DNA of 64,000 bases from Octopus sinensis (lineage: Eukaryota): positions 74,772,001-74,836,000 of the forward strand of contig NC_043006.1 of assembly GCF_006345805.1 (NCBI RefSeq), given 5' to 3'. Both the position numbers and the translations under genes were made by a program. Positions 38,527 to 50,780 of this stretch are shown here, piece by piece (position 1 is the stretch's first letter; each line of letters opens with the position of its first letter). The notes below the pieces were generated by a model. It searched no databases. It saw only the letters and a list, made by a program, of their open reading frames with translations, and was not told the origin of the DNA.

Positions 38527-39430
38527 ATCCTTTCTACTGGAAGCACAAGGCCTCAAATTTGGGGGAAGGGATTAAATTGATTACATTGACCCCAGTGCAT
38601 AACTGGTACTTGTTTAACTGACCCCAAAAGGGCAAAAGGCAAAGTCAACCTCGCTGGAATTTGAACTCAGAACATAACAGCAGGCAAAATACTGCTAAGC
38701 ATTTTGCCTGGTATGCTAACAATTCTGCCAGCTCGCCACCTTAACAACAACAACAACAATCCTTTCTACTAAACGTGCAAGACCTGAAATTTTGTGGGAG
38801 GGGAAAAGTTGATCACATCGACTCCAGTACTTGACTGGTATTTAATTTTATCGACCCTGAGTGGATGAAAGGCAAAGTCAACCTCAGTGGAATTTGAACT
38901 CAGAACATAAAAATAGATGAAATACTGCTTATCATTTTGTCTGGTAAGTTAATGATTCTGCCAGCTTACCTCAATAATAAAAATAATCTTTTTCTACTAT
39001 ATGCACAAGGCCTGAAATTTGGTGGGAGGGGCTAGTCATTATATTGACCCCAGTGTCCGATTAGTACTTATTTTATCAACCCCAAAAGGATGAAAGTCAA
39101 AGCTGGCCTCAATGAAATTTGAACCAAGAACATAATGAGCCAGATAAAATGCTGCCAAACATTTTGTCCAACTCACTAATGACTACCAAAAAACACATTT
39201 AATGTAGGTACAAGGATAGAAATTTGGGGAGTAGGGAACAGTTGTTTAATTCAAGTAAAATTCCTAATTGGTACTTTATTTTATTGATCCTGGCACATTC
39301 TGTCAATGCACTGCCCTGCTACAACTACTACTAATAATAATTTTGAGGGAGAACAACTAATTAAACAGGCCCCAGTACTTGATTGGTACTTTATTTTGTC
39401 GACCCTAAAAGGATGAAAGGCAAAAGTGTG
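38527..39430 (-). mobile_element. Head-to-tail cluster of about five family C SINEs
   Basis: Units near 38527, 38760, 38985, 39200 and 39340, all in one orientation. Confidence 0.8.
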
Positions 39431-39586
39431 TTCAGTGGGAGAATGTAAAAAACAGAACTAATACCCTGAGGTACTGTGTTCCACCCTCTAATAATTTGGC
39501 AAATCAACAGCCCTTTTTATAACAATCGTTTCTAATTTAAGAACAAGGCCAGTAATCCTAACCTTAATTTTGGAGGAGGTGTTCAG

Positions 39587-39805
39587 CCCTTAAGCATTTA
39601 AACTGGCCATATCCTGCCCAAATATTGTACTTAACTTATGTTCAAACAAGCCATATCTGGCCTCAGACACCTACCCTACAATGTTATTTTAAAAATAAAC
39701 AATCACGTCATCAAAATTTCAGAGCTAAAAGATGATGTGAGACCACTTCAAAAAATGTGCATCAAATAAGTATTACATTTGACAAGGATTCTGAATGTTA
39801 AAGAG
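39587..39805. mobile_element. piggyBac-like MITE, second family (diverged)
   Basis: Degenerate CCCTTTAGCAT/ATGCTAAAGGG ends; inverted homolog of 46453-46670. Confidence 0.65.
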
Positions 39806-39998
39806 TTAGCTAATTACACTGTTCCCAGTATTTGACACTAGTACACTGCTACTTTATTTAATCAACAGCAAAAAGATAAAAGGTAAATAAAGTTGCTTTT
39901 GGCAGGATTTGAACTCAGAACACAAACTCTAAGGCATTTTTTTCTGATACACTAATGACTGCCCTTTATACTGGTTTTAGTTGCATGTATGCATGTAA

Positions 39999-40232
39999 GC
40001 ATAGATTGGCATATTTTGGTCATATTATGCGGAAGAAATCCCTGGAGGACATCATGCTCAGTGGCAAGAGAGGAAGAAGCCAACCAAGAATCCGCTGGCT
40101 TGACACCATCAAGAGTGACACGGGAATGGCCATAGCCAATCTGAAAGAAGCGACCCAGGATAGAACTGGCTGGAGAACACTGATCCATCGAGTAACCAAG
40201 AGTCGACTTCGACTGAACGGATAGATAGATAT
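39999..40232 (+). mobile_element. 5'-truncated RTE/BovB-like LINE 3' end
   Basis: YFGHIMRKKSLEDIMLSGKRGRSQPRIRWLDTIK...QDRTGWRTLIHRVTKSRLRLNG* parallels the BovB C-terminus; short GATA tail. Confidence 0.85.
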
Positions 40233-41497
40233 GCATGCATAATAATAATTTCAATGTTTTGGCACAAGGCCAGAAGTTTCGGGGAAGGGAATAAATGACC
40301 TACATCAACCCCAATGTTCAACTGGTACTTGTTTCATCAACCCTCAAAAGATGAAAAACAAAATTTACCATGGCAAAATCTGAACTTAAAACATAAAGAC
40401 AGATGAAATGCAACTGAGCATTTTCCATAGCGTGGCATTAATTTATTGGACAGCTGTCAGGACTACTTAAACAACATGAAATATATTTTATGTTTATTGT
40501 TCACGTTTTTATTTAGAAACTTCAAGAGATGAGAAACAAATCATTTTAATAGTGGAACTCGATGTAGGCCAAGTCATAACAGCCTGCAGAATATTAGGCT
40601 AAGAATCCTTTTGGATAGGAATAGGTTGATCACTGCTTTTGGGGCATAAACCCACATTTTCTGTAAACACAACAGATGTGATACCATTATATCATTAACC
40701 CTTTCGTTACTATATTTCTGACCAAAATACAACCCTCATGAGTTTCAATTAAATTCTAAAATAATCATGAATTTAGACTAGTTTCATTAAATAACTGTAA
40801 CTTTTTTACTTATCAACATATTAATGTGATATTTGGAACATAATTAAAGAAAGGGTTCTTAATCAATTCTATTGCATAACTTTTGTCTCAAAGTGACTTT
40901 AATTACAGGTAAATCCAGGTAAACTGAGCAAAAGGTAAAAATATCAAAATTTTGTTTAATAACCCTACACAAACAGCCATCAACCATTTTTCTATTCAAG
41001 AGTTTTTTTTTTTAAGCTAGTACTCCACATGTTAATATTTACAGCTTTATCAAGGCAACGAGATGGCAGAATCATTAGCACACCAGGGAAAGTGCTTAAT
41101 GGCATTTTGTCCCTCTTTACATTCTGAGTTCAAATTCTGGTGAGGTCAACTTTGCCTTTCATCCTTTCGGGGTTGATAAAATAACACTAGGGTCGATGTA
41201 ATCAACTTACTCTTTGACAAAAATTGCTGGCCACATTCCAAAATTTGAAACCCTTATTCATAGCTTTATCTAAGGCAACAAATTGGCAGAATCGTTAGCA
41301 TGCCAGAAAAAATGTCAAGTAATTTTTCTAGCTGTACATTCAAAGTTCAAATGCTGCCAAGGCTGACTTTGTTTTGCATCCCTTCAGGGTCAACCAGAGT
41401 CAAATGTGATTGACAATCCCTTCCCACAAAATTTCAGGTCTTGTACCTATAGCGGAAAGGGTTTTTTTCCCCCAGCTTCACCTTTAGAATGATTTAC

Positions 41498-41875
41498 TAT
41501 TACCTGTGCCTTAGCAAAGGCAGAGGTATTCTTTTCAGTAGTATTTGTTTGTTTGTCCATGCACAAGACATCTCAAGAACCACTGGATGGATTCAGATGA
41601 AACTTTCAGGTATATTTGGCCTCATAACTAGCACGTACTGATTAGATTTTGGGATCGACCTAGTACCCGGACAAGGATTCTGGATTATTTTTTCTTTTTT
41701 TTTTTACTTAATTTTTGAGAGCAGTCAGGTTCATTTTTAGTATTCTCGTTTGTGATATCAGTCAAGTTTACTTCAGATATTCTCATTTTAAAAATCATCT
41801 CTGGCTAATCGAGAGGACATTGGTGTTGCCTTGGCAGAGGATTGCAGTCAGAGTGTGCAAAACTCTGCCAAGTTT
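41498..41875 (+). mobile_element. Longer Helentron-like copy
   Basis: Starts TATTACCTGTGCC...GGCAGAGGTATT and ends with a degenerate TTGGCAGAGGATTGCAGTCAGAGTGTGC, resembling the 38087 element ends. Confidence 0.45.
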
Positions 41876-44800
41876 TATAAATATTTCTCTACCAGATGTA
41901 TGTCTTCTGAAGTATTTATTTTGTATGTATTGCTGCAATATTGTAACCGGCACTCCGTCGGTTATGATGACGGGTGTTCCAGTTGATCCAATAAACAGAA
42001 CCACCTGCTCGTGAAATTAACATGCAAGTTAATAGTTCTCAAGGAGATTCAGTGTGACACAATAACAGGACAGAGCCAGTCCTTTGAAATACAAGTACAA
42101 ATCATTTTCGCCAGCAGGGTGGCATGGAACAATGTGAAATAAAGCGTCTCGCTCAAGGACATAATGTGCCATCCGGAATTGAACTCACAACATTATGATC
42201 ACAAGCTGAATACCCTAACCACTAAGCCATGTACCTACAATATTGTAAAACTTAAATAGAGCAGCTTTTACAAAAGGGCTGTTTTATTTCTTCCTAACAT
42301 TATCGCAAATAGCTGGGTTAACTACATACAACATAGCAAAGGAGATCCTACATGATCACCACACTAGTTAACCATAACAGCCAAACCTGCCCTCATATCA
42401 CACTCCAGTAGAATGATAGGTACAGGCATGGCTATGTGGTTAACAAAGTGAAACAACTTTACAAAAAGAATACAAAGTAACAGACATTTAACATTTGTCT
42501 CGTATACACCTGTCGTCAATTATGTAATTATTTATTGAGTAAAAAAGTAATAGTTTCTTTTGTACTTACGGTGAACATACATCAATTAGTGTTGAAATGC
42601 AACCAGCTTAATGGCTTGCATGCATTATCTGCAAACTACGAGACTACTAAAGAGTGAGTGATGGGGACAACAGCTGTCACTTAGCTGCATGTCTGACACC
42701 AACCAAGTCATTAATATGATGCAGCATAAGAGATGTACCAGCTGTGGCCATGTTATTGATTTTTTCCCCCTTTTCTCAAGTCAAGTTTATCTAGGACAAC
42801 ATCATCCAATGTTTGTTTTCTCAACTTGTTTTTCACACTCACATTCTTGGATTGATACATATTATGGAGGCCTTGTTTTACAGCCAGATACCCATCATAT
42901 TACTATCCATTACCTATTTATTTAAACCTTTTTGTTACCACATTTCTGTCGAGATACTTTGTGTTTCTTTTAATTAATTTTAAATATAATGAAGAATCTG
43001 GCGTTAGGAAGGGCATCCAGCGGTAGAAACTCTGCCAAATCAAGATTGGAGCCTGGTGCAGCCATCTGGTTCGCCAGCCCTCAGTCAAAATTGTCCAACC
43101 CACGCTAGCATGGAAAGTGGACGTTAAACAATGATGACTTTGTTATCATTAAGCTAGTGTTAGGAACGTAAATTGTGACTACAGTTTGGGGGAAAATTTT
43201 AATTCAGAACTTTTGAAAACAAGACATTTGTACTACAGAGCCAGAGGCGGTTTTAGCCAGGTTGCTATTGAAAAGGTGAAACAACGGAGTTTCCATTCCA
43301 TTCATCTTACAAAGTACAGAGCTGTCGGATGAGTTGTTGATGTCACCATCCATAGGTAATAGTTTACTTGTTTAAGTCTTTAGACTACGGCCATGCTGGG
43401 GCATCACCTTGAATTTTCAGTTGAATAAATTGATCCCAGTACTTATTCCATCAGTCTCTTTTCTCAAACTGCTAAGTTACAAGGATGTAAACATACCAAT
43501 ACCTGTTGTCAAGGGAGGGGAGATACAAACAGACTGAAAGACACACACAGATATATATACAACAGGCTTCTTTCAGTTTCTGCCTACCAAATCCACTCAC
43601 AAGGCTTTAGTCAGCCTGAGGCTACAGTAGAAAACACTTGACCAAAGTGTCACACAGTTAGGACCGAACCTGGAACCATGTGGTTGGTAAGCAAGCTTTT
43701 TACCACACCCCCACACCAGCAATTTTTCAAAGCAACATCATCATCATTTAAGATCCATTTTCAATGCTACCATGGGATGGATAGTTTGACAGGAGCTGGT
43801 AAGGTCAGGGGCCAAGCTAAGCTCCATTATCTGTTTTGCCATGGTTTCTATGGTTGGATGCCTTTCCTAACACCACTAGTGCTGTGGGCAAGTAATTACA
43901 GGCTTGGCTTGGTGGTCAGAAAATTTGCTTTGAGCTTCCAGGTTCAATCCCACTGCACATCATTTAAGGAGAAATGTCTTTTTATATAAGCCTTGGTTCA
44001 ATCTAAGCCTTGTGAATGGATAAGGGGATATGAAAACTGTGAGGAAGCCTGTTACACTGAAGGACTGTGCCTGTAGTTCATAAGTCCAGCCTTCTCATTG
44101 TGGGATACTAATTCTGCCTGAGTATTACATGAAACATATATGTGAGAGTGAGGAATACTCAGCCATTTATAAGCTAATTCAATAAAGCTGAGCAACTCCA
44201 GTCGGCCAAACAAGTGAAATTCACCACTGAAACCAATGGAAATCTGATTATGCCACCAAGAAGAAAAATCCACTTTTCTCATAATGCTGGGTTTTAATCC
44301 TTATTCTTATTTCTTTATTGCCCACAAGGGGCTAAACAAGGACAGAGAGAGGGGTTAAGTCGATTACATCGACCCCAGTGCGTAACTGGTACTTAATTTA
44401 TCGACCCCGAAAGGATGAAAGGTAAAGTCGACCTCGGCAGAATTTGAACTCAGAACGTAATGGCAGACGAAATACCTATTTCTTTACTACCTACAAGGGG
44501 CTAAACACAGAGGGGACAAACAAGGGCAGACAAACGGATTAAGTCGATTATATTGACCCCAGTGTGTAACTGGTACTAAATTTATCGACCCCGAAAGGAT
44601 GAAAGGTAAAGTCAACCTTGGCAGAATTTGAACTGAGAACGTAACGGCAGACAAAATACTGCTTAGCATTTCGCCCGGCGTACTAACGTTCCTGCCAGCT
44701 GTCATTAGCATTCAGGTTATTCTGTCATATGTAATGCTTATTTATTCACATTGTTTTAAATTTATCAGGCATTATCTTGTAGCTTAGAAATTTTAATGAT

Positions 44801-44982
44801 GTGATTATTTATTTTCAGAACGTCACAGTAAGGTATGAGCCAGTGCCAAGTAAAGAGAAACTGTGCCAGCGCCACGTAAAGAACACCAGTGCCGGCACCA
44901 GGTAAAAAGCACCTGTACAAGTGTCACGCAAATAGCACCCAGTACATTCAGTAAAGTGATTGGCATTAGGAAAAGTATCTAG

Positions 44983-45585
44983 CAGGGAGGTGCCACGTGG
45001 GTAGGCAAGGTAGGCAGTGCCTACCCTAAATAAAATAGTTCGATGGTAATATTTTCTTTCCATGGCAAAATATGCACATCATTGTCATCATCGTTTAACG
45101 TCCGCTTTCCATGTTAGCATGGGTTGGACAATTTGACTGAGGACTGGCGAACCAGATGGCTGCACCAGGCTCCTATCTGATCTGGCAGAATTTCTACAGC
45201 TGGTTGCTCTTCCTAACTCCAACCACTCCAAGAGTGCAGTGGGTGCTTTTACGTGCCACTGGCACGAGGGCCAATCAGGCGGTACTGGCAACGGCCACGC
45301 TCAAATAGTGCTTTTTGGTTACTCTGATTACTATGCATAAAATACAAAATATTTTATTCTTTTGTAGATTAGGTAGGCATAATTTACCCTTGCTTTTCAA
45401 TCTCAGTATTAAAGATACGCATAGTACGGCTGCAGTACATGTGCCATGTATATTCCTACGACAATGTTTTCATTACGTACTAAAAAGGCAGAAGTAAATC
45501 TGCCTCCAACTCAGTCGCGTGCCTGTGTTTCGCTTATTTTTTTCTGTGTTTTACTCCATAAATGTCACCAACTGCCTACCCTGGT
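44983..45585. mobile_element. Inverted copy of the same MITE, interrupted by a SINE at 45084-45316
   Basis: CAGGGAGGTGCCACGTGGGTAGGCAAGGTAGGCAGTGCCTACCC end; the body is the reverse complement of 22170-22790. Confidence 0.7.
45084..45316 (-). mobile_element. SINE-like family A copy nested in a MITE
   Basis: Family A tail on minus. Confidence 0.85.
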
Positions 45586-45984
45586 ACCTAGCAGTACAAA
45601 CCATGCCTAGTATTTAGTTATAGAAACCATGCCAAAATAGACAACTGGAATCTGGTGAAGCCCTCTGGTTGGCCAGCTCCTGTCAAACCATCCAATCCAT
45701 GCCAGCATAGAAAACAGACGTTAAATGACGACGACAATGATGATGAGTAAGAGGCTAGACCTGGTGTCTGGTACGAGCATAAGCCATGTAGAATATTTGT
45801 GCCTGATGGGACCAGTTTAAATTTTAAAGGATTAAGGGTCTCTTTTTACTGACAAAGACTTTAGTTTTGGCCATAGTTGTCTTCACTTATGAAGTAGAGA
45901 GACGAGGGGGGTAATTATGAAAATATTCTTTCTGATTCCAGCACAAGACCAGCAATTTTTTTCTGCCTTAATTTTAGAGAGATG

Positions 45985-46200
45985 GAGGATCCGAGTATGA
46001 AGAAAGAAAGAAAAAAAGAAAAAGAGGGAAAGAAAGAAAGGGAAGGAAGAAAGGAAGGAGGAAAGAAAGGGAAGGAGGAAGGAGGAAAGAAAGGGAAGGA
46101 AGGAAGGAAGAAAGAAAGGAAAAATAAAAGAAGGAAGGAAAGAAAGAGGGGAAGAAAGAAAGGGAGGAAGGAAGGAAGGAGGGGAGGAAGAAAGGAAGGA
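45985..46200. repeat. About 215-bp polypurine (GGAA/GAAA) tract
   Basis: Almost only A/G on plus; begins a few nt inside the intron after the exon 2 donor. Confidence 0.92.
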
Positions 46201-46207
46201 CACTTAC

Positions 46208-46350
46208 TGTCCCTTTCTTTTTCATGTCTGCTATTTCGTTCTCGCCACCGTTCTTCTTTGTGTTTATGTTTGTGTTTATCTTTCTTCATAGCATGAGCCT
46301 GCGGAGGCTTTATGTCTAACGACTCGCTGTCATCCATGTAATCGTCTTTG
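46208..46350 (-). CDS. CDK11: CDK11 coding exon 2, KDDYMDDSESLDIKPPQ...EKERD
   Basis: Acceptor tatctttcag|, donor A|gtaagt; 1+141+1 nt. DDSESLDIKPPQ matches human CDK11 DDSLAIKPPQ followed by a K/H-rich stretch. Confidence 0.93.
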
Positions 46351-46452
46351 CTGAAAGATAAGAAACACAGAGGGACCATTAAATGCAAAAAAACACTTGG
46401 GTGAATCTCTTCTAAGAAACTACAAACAATAAAAAAACAAAAACGTTGTTGA

Positions 46453-46670
46453 TTTAGCATTCGGTAACTCCGTCAAATGGAATGCATATTTATTCACACT
46501 GTTTTGAATTAATCATGCATTAGCTTTTAGCTTAGAGAGTTAAATGAGGTAATTGGTTATTGCCAGAATGACATTGTCAGGTAGGTGTGAGAGGACAGAG
46601 CAGGATGATTTGAACATAAAACAGGTAGGATATTAGAGCCGAATATATGGACAGTTTAGATGCTAAAGGG
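46453..46670. mobile_element. piggyBac-like MITE, second family
   Basis: Ends GATGCTAAAGGG|TTAA; homologous to 39587-39805 and to a partial copy near 44705-44820. Confidence 0.65.
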
Positions 46671-46984
46671 TTAATTCTTTCAGAACCATATATCTAAAGA
46701 AATAATACTTTGCATGTTTTGCAGTAAATTTTGAAAACAACAGATGTTAAAAGTGCATTCATCTTTATGCCAAATATATAGATAATGAATTCTTCATGTT
46801 TGTCTTTTGTCTATAGGTGCAGGCATGGCTGTGCAATAAGAAGTTCACTTTGCATTCGCATAGTTCCAGGTTCAGTCCCAGATGTGGCATTTTGGGCCAG
46901 TGTCTTCTACTATAGCCGTGGACAAAGCCGTGAGCGGATCTGATAGAAGTCCATCGTATATATATATATATGTGTGTGTGTGTG

Positions 46985-47117
46985 ATCATCATCATCATCG
47001 TTTAACGTCTGCTTTCCATGCTAGCATGGGTTGGACAATTTGAATGAGGACTGGCGAACCAGATGGCTGCACCAGGCTCCAATCTGATCTGGCAGAGTTT
47101 CTACAGCTGGATGCCCT
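46985..47117 (-). mobile_element. Family A 3' fragment
   Basis: (CAT)n CGTTTAACGTCTGCTTTCCATGCTAGC... Confidence 0.8.
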
Positions 47118-47627
47118 TGTGTATGTTTTTGTCTGTGTTTGTCCCCTTCCACTGCTTGACAACTGATGTTGGTTTGTTTATGCCCCTGTAACTTGACAGT
47201 TCGGCAAAAGAGTACCAGACTTAAAAAGAAAATAAGAACTGGGGTTAATTCGTCTGACTAAAATTCCTCAAGGTGGGGTCCCAGTAAGCGATAAACGCAG
47301 TGGTATATTTTTATAATTTGAGAAACTATTTTATTCTGTATCTTTGGCAGGGTTTTAAGGATATTTAAATAACACAAATACTAAATATTGATTTCAAATT
47401 TTGGCACAAGGCCAGAAAGTTCGGGAGAGGGGATAAGTCGATTACATCCGCGAGTCCGCTGCCCTAAACCACTGGGCCATTGCGCCTCCACTACCTCGCT
47501 GTTGTTTACCATTCCCTATTAAAACTGCATTTATCAGAATACCAATTTTGAGAACGGTAACAATTTCAAAATGCAATTCAAATTCCAATTACAACTTGTT
47601 CATCGTTGTCTCCCTTCCTTGATATTA

Positions 47628-48075
47628 ATCCTTTCTACTTACTAAAGGCACAAAACCTGGAATTTGGTGGGAAGAGTTAAGTCGATTACATCGACCCCCA
47701 GAGACCTCCCAGTGCTCAGCTGGTACTTATTTTCATCGACCCCGAAAGGATAAGAGGTAAAGTTGATTTTGGTGGAATTTGAACTCAGAGCATAAACACA
47801 GAATGAAATGCTGCTAAACATTTTACCTGGAGAGCTAACGATTCTGCTAGGTGGCGAGCTGGCAGAATCATTAGCACGCCAGGCAAAATGCTTTGCAGTA
47901 TTTCATCCATCTTTATGTTCAGAGTTCAAATTCCACCAAGGTCAACTTTGCCTGTCATCCTTTCAGGATTGATAAATTAAGTACCAGCGACACACTGGGG
48001 TTGAGGTGATCAACTATACCCTCTCCTCAAATTTCAGGCCTTGTGCCTTTAGTAGAAATTATTATTATTATTATC
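47628..48075. mobile_element. Head-to-head inverted pair of family C SINEs
   Basis: Minus copy 47628-47850 abuts plus copy 47851-48075. Other family C copies near 8475-8695, 25299-25528, 29185-29398, 41050-41465, 58845-59075. Confidence 0.85.
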
Positions 48076-48330
48076 TGGCCCTTAACCCCTCCTTTCTACC
48101 ACCCTCTCCAACCACATTTTTTGGAATTCTTTTTAATTTTCCCCACTACCTTTCCTCGTTCTTTTTGTTTTTTTCTTTTTATTCTAATGAAGGACTAGTG
48201 TCTTTCCCTTCACTTAAAGCATTACACAGATATAACATTCGTTAAAAACTCACCCCACCTCCCGCAAACCACGACATCTTGTTTTTGTGCTCAATAGCTA
48301 ACATATTAACAGTAGTTTCCAAAAACTTAC

Positions 48331-48512
48331 TTGTCCTTAAGATAGTCATCTTCGTCAAGGGCTTCCTTTGAATGCACTGAAAAAGAAACGAGGCTCTGTT
48401 TGTCATCGTCGTCCTCCTCATCTTCATCATCTGGATCCAACATATGTCTTTCTGGACTAGAAGCTAACTCTCCTTGTTCATAAGGGCTTCGAGAAAGGTC
48501 AGTACCAGACAT
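48331..48512 (-). CDS. CDK11: CDK11 (PITSLRE) first coding exon, MSGTDLSRSP...DDYLKD
   Basis: Acceptor ttattgcag|tcaaaATG (exon starts 48517, ATG 48512) and donor AA|gtaagt at 48330. 60 codons + 2 nt; phase 2 matches the next exon. EQGEL..SP resembles the EEGEL motif of CDK11 N-termini. Confidence 0.88.
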
Positions 48513-49469
48513 TTTGACTGCAATAAATATCAAACAGTAACACATCATTTCTTTTACTCTTATATTCAGGGAAAGGAAAAGAAGGAAAAAAAAAAACTTT
48601 AATTCAATGGCAAAAATAAATCCATTGAACCAAAGTTTTTCAACCATCTATTTAGGTCAATGCCCTCTTTCACCAAATACATTTTTACAAATGCCATCCA
48701 ACCAAGAAAAAAAAAACTCACACCAGGTTTTTTATAATCGAACGGAGCTTAATTTTGCAAAGCAATTTATTATCAGTCACATTTCTGCTCACTGATAACA
48801 ATGCCTAAATCATATTCTAATCTCAACTAAAATACTTTTGAAAATGAGTTTAAAATATAGGACCAGGTTTAATATCTTATTTCTAAGAAAAATAGCAACT
48901 CCAGCCTAAACACCCCAATGATCAAAGGAACTCCAAATTCATATTCCTGAATGCCACGCTTCCTTTAAAACTGTTCCAACCATGACCAGCTCATCTATAT
49001 TTGAGTGAAAATTTCATCTCAAGTCATACCCTAAATTTGCTTCTCAATCATGTAGCTTTTGGGTTCAATCCCACTGCAGGGCACCTCTGGTATGTGTCTT
49101 CTATTATAACCCTGGGCCAACCAAAGCCTTGAGACCAGATTTGCTATACAGAAATTGAAAGAAGCTCGTCATACACACACACAAGTATGTTTGTGTACTC
49201 TTCCCTGGACACCACGTGAAGGTTGTAAATGAGCATCATCATCACGAGAAGTTGTTCGTTTTTAGTCCTCTGTGAAAAAAGTAGAGAAATATTGCCTTAC
49301 TTGGAAACTAGCAAGGGTGTCCGGCTGTAGTAAATCTGCCACAACAAATTCCATCTGACCCATGTAAGCACAGGAAAGTAAACAGTAAAAATTGATGATG
49401 ATGATGATGATGACAATGACACATCAAATAATGTAGACCAGAATATGCTTCTTTGAAAAATAAAAACAA

Positions 49470-49739
49470 TCTGCTGGACTGGCTCCTGTGCAGGTGGCAC
49501 GTAAAAAGCACCATTTGAGCGTGGTTGTTGCCAGTACCGCCTGACTGGCCCTCGTGCCGGTGGCATGCAAAAGCACCCACTACACTCTCGGAATGGTTGG
49601 CATTAAAAAGGGCATCCAGCTGTAGAAACTCTGCCAGATCAGATTGGAGCCTCGTGCAGCCATCTGGTTCGCCAATCCTCAGTCAAATCGTCCAACCCAT
49701 GCTAGCATGGAAAGCAGATGTTAAATGATGATGATGATG
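49470..49739 (+). mobile_element. SINE-like family A copy
   Basis: Family A body and tail; inverted relative to 45084-45316. Confidence 0.85.
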
Positions 49740-49909
49740 TGAATGAGGGGGTGGTCTTTTTAAGCAACAATAACAAGTGAGATTCTTATATATTTATGTG
49801 CTTGCAATTCTGTGTTTGTATAAACTGCTGTCAACCAGTATGCGTGAAACAACAGATACATTCATGATCAACATAAAACTTTCTCTGCCAAATTAATCTG
49901 AAGAAATAG

Positions 49910-50285
49910 GCACAGGCACGGCTGTGTGGTAAGAAGTTTGCTTCCCAACCACATGGTTCCAAGTTCAGTCACATGGCATAGCACCTTGGGCAAGAGTCTT
50001 CTACTATAGCCTGAGGCTGTGAGTGGATTTGGAGATGGAAACTGAAAGAAGCCTGTCATATATATGTTTGCTTATTTAAATGGAGTGTGTGTCTGTTTGT
50101 CACCCACCACCGCTTGACAACTGGTGTTTTACGCCCCCCATAACTTAGAGTTTCGGCAAAAGAGACCAACAGAATAGGTACCAGGCTAAAAACAAAATAA
50201 GTACTATGATCAATTTGTTCAACTAAAATTCTAGACGGTGCCCCAGCATGGCACGTCTAATGACTAAAACAAGTGAAAGATAAAA
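49910..50285 (+). mobile_element. SINE family B
   Basis: Same family. Confidence 0.8.
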
Positions 50286-50587
50286 GAAATGCTGAAAACG
50301 AGATATTATTTTAAAGTACAAGAGATATATTTTGACATAATTTCATCATCATCGTTTAACGTCCGTTTTCCATGCTGACATGGATTGGACGGTTTGACTG
50401 AGGTCTGGACACCCAGCGGCTGCACCTGGCTCCAGTCTGATCAGGCAATGTTTCTACAGCTGGATTCCCTTCCTAACGTCAACCACTCCGAGAGTGTAGT
50501 GGGTACTTTTTATGTGCCACTGACATGGGAACCAGTGAGGGGGTACTGACATAACCACGTTCGGATGGTCGTTTTTAATGATTTTTA

Positions 50588-50780
50588 GCTAAATAGAGGC
50601 CATCGATTGGTTAAAATTCGAAAAATTAAACTACGTTAAACTTACAAATTACAATTTTCTCAAGAAAGCCAAGAGAAAAAAATGTTTTATTTTGACACAT
50701 TCTACCAGTATACGAAGTTTAAAAGTGTTTAGTTACTAGAAATTGTGTTGAAAACTGCCGTTCAAAAGGAAAAAATCCCC
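50588..50780. mobile_element. Partial inverted copy of the 61589-62007 MITE
   Basis: Reverse complement aligns with the left arm of the 61.6-kb element, including the TIR. Confidence 0.7.

Noticed and set aside
45982-46296. K/E/R/G-rich ORF on plus and F/L/S/P-rich ORFs on minus
   Set aside because: Translation of the polypurine tract; only 46208-46350 on minus has splice sites and homology.
48327-48647. Longer ORF start upstream of the CDK11 ATG
   Set aside because: The extension is intronic U-rich sequence upstream of the acceptor at 48518.
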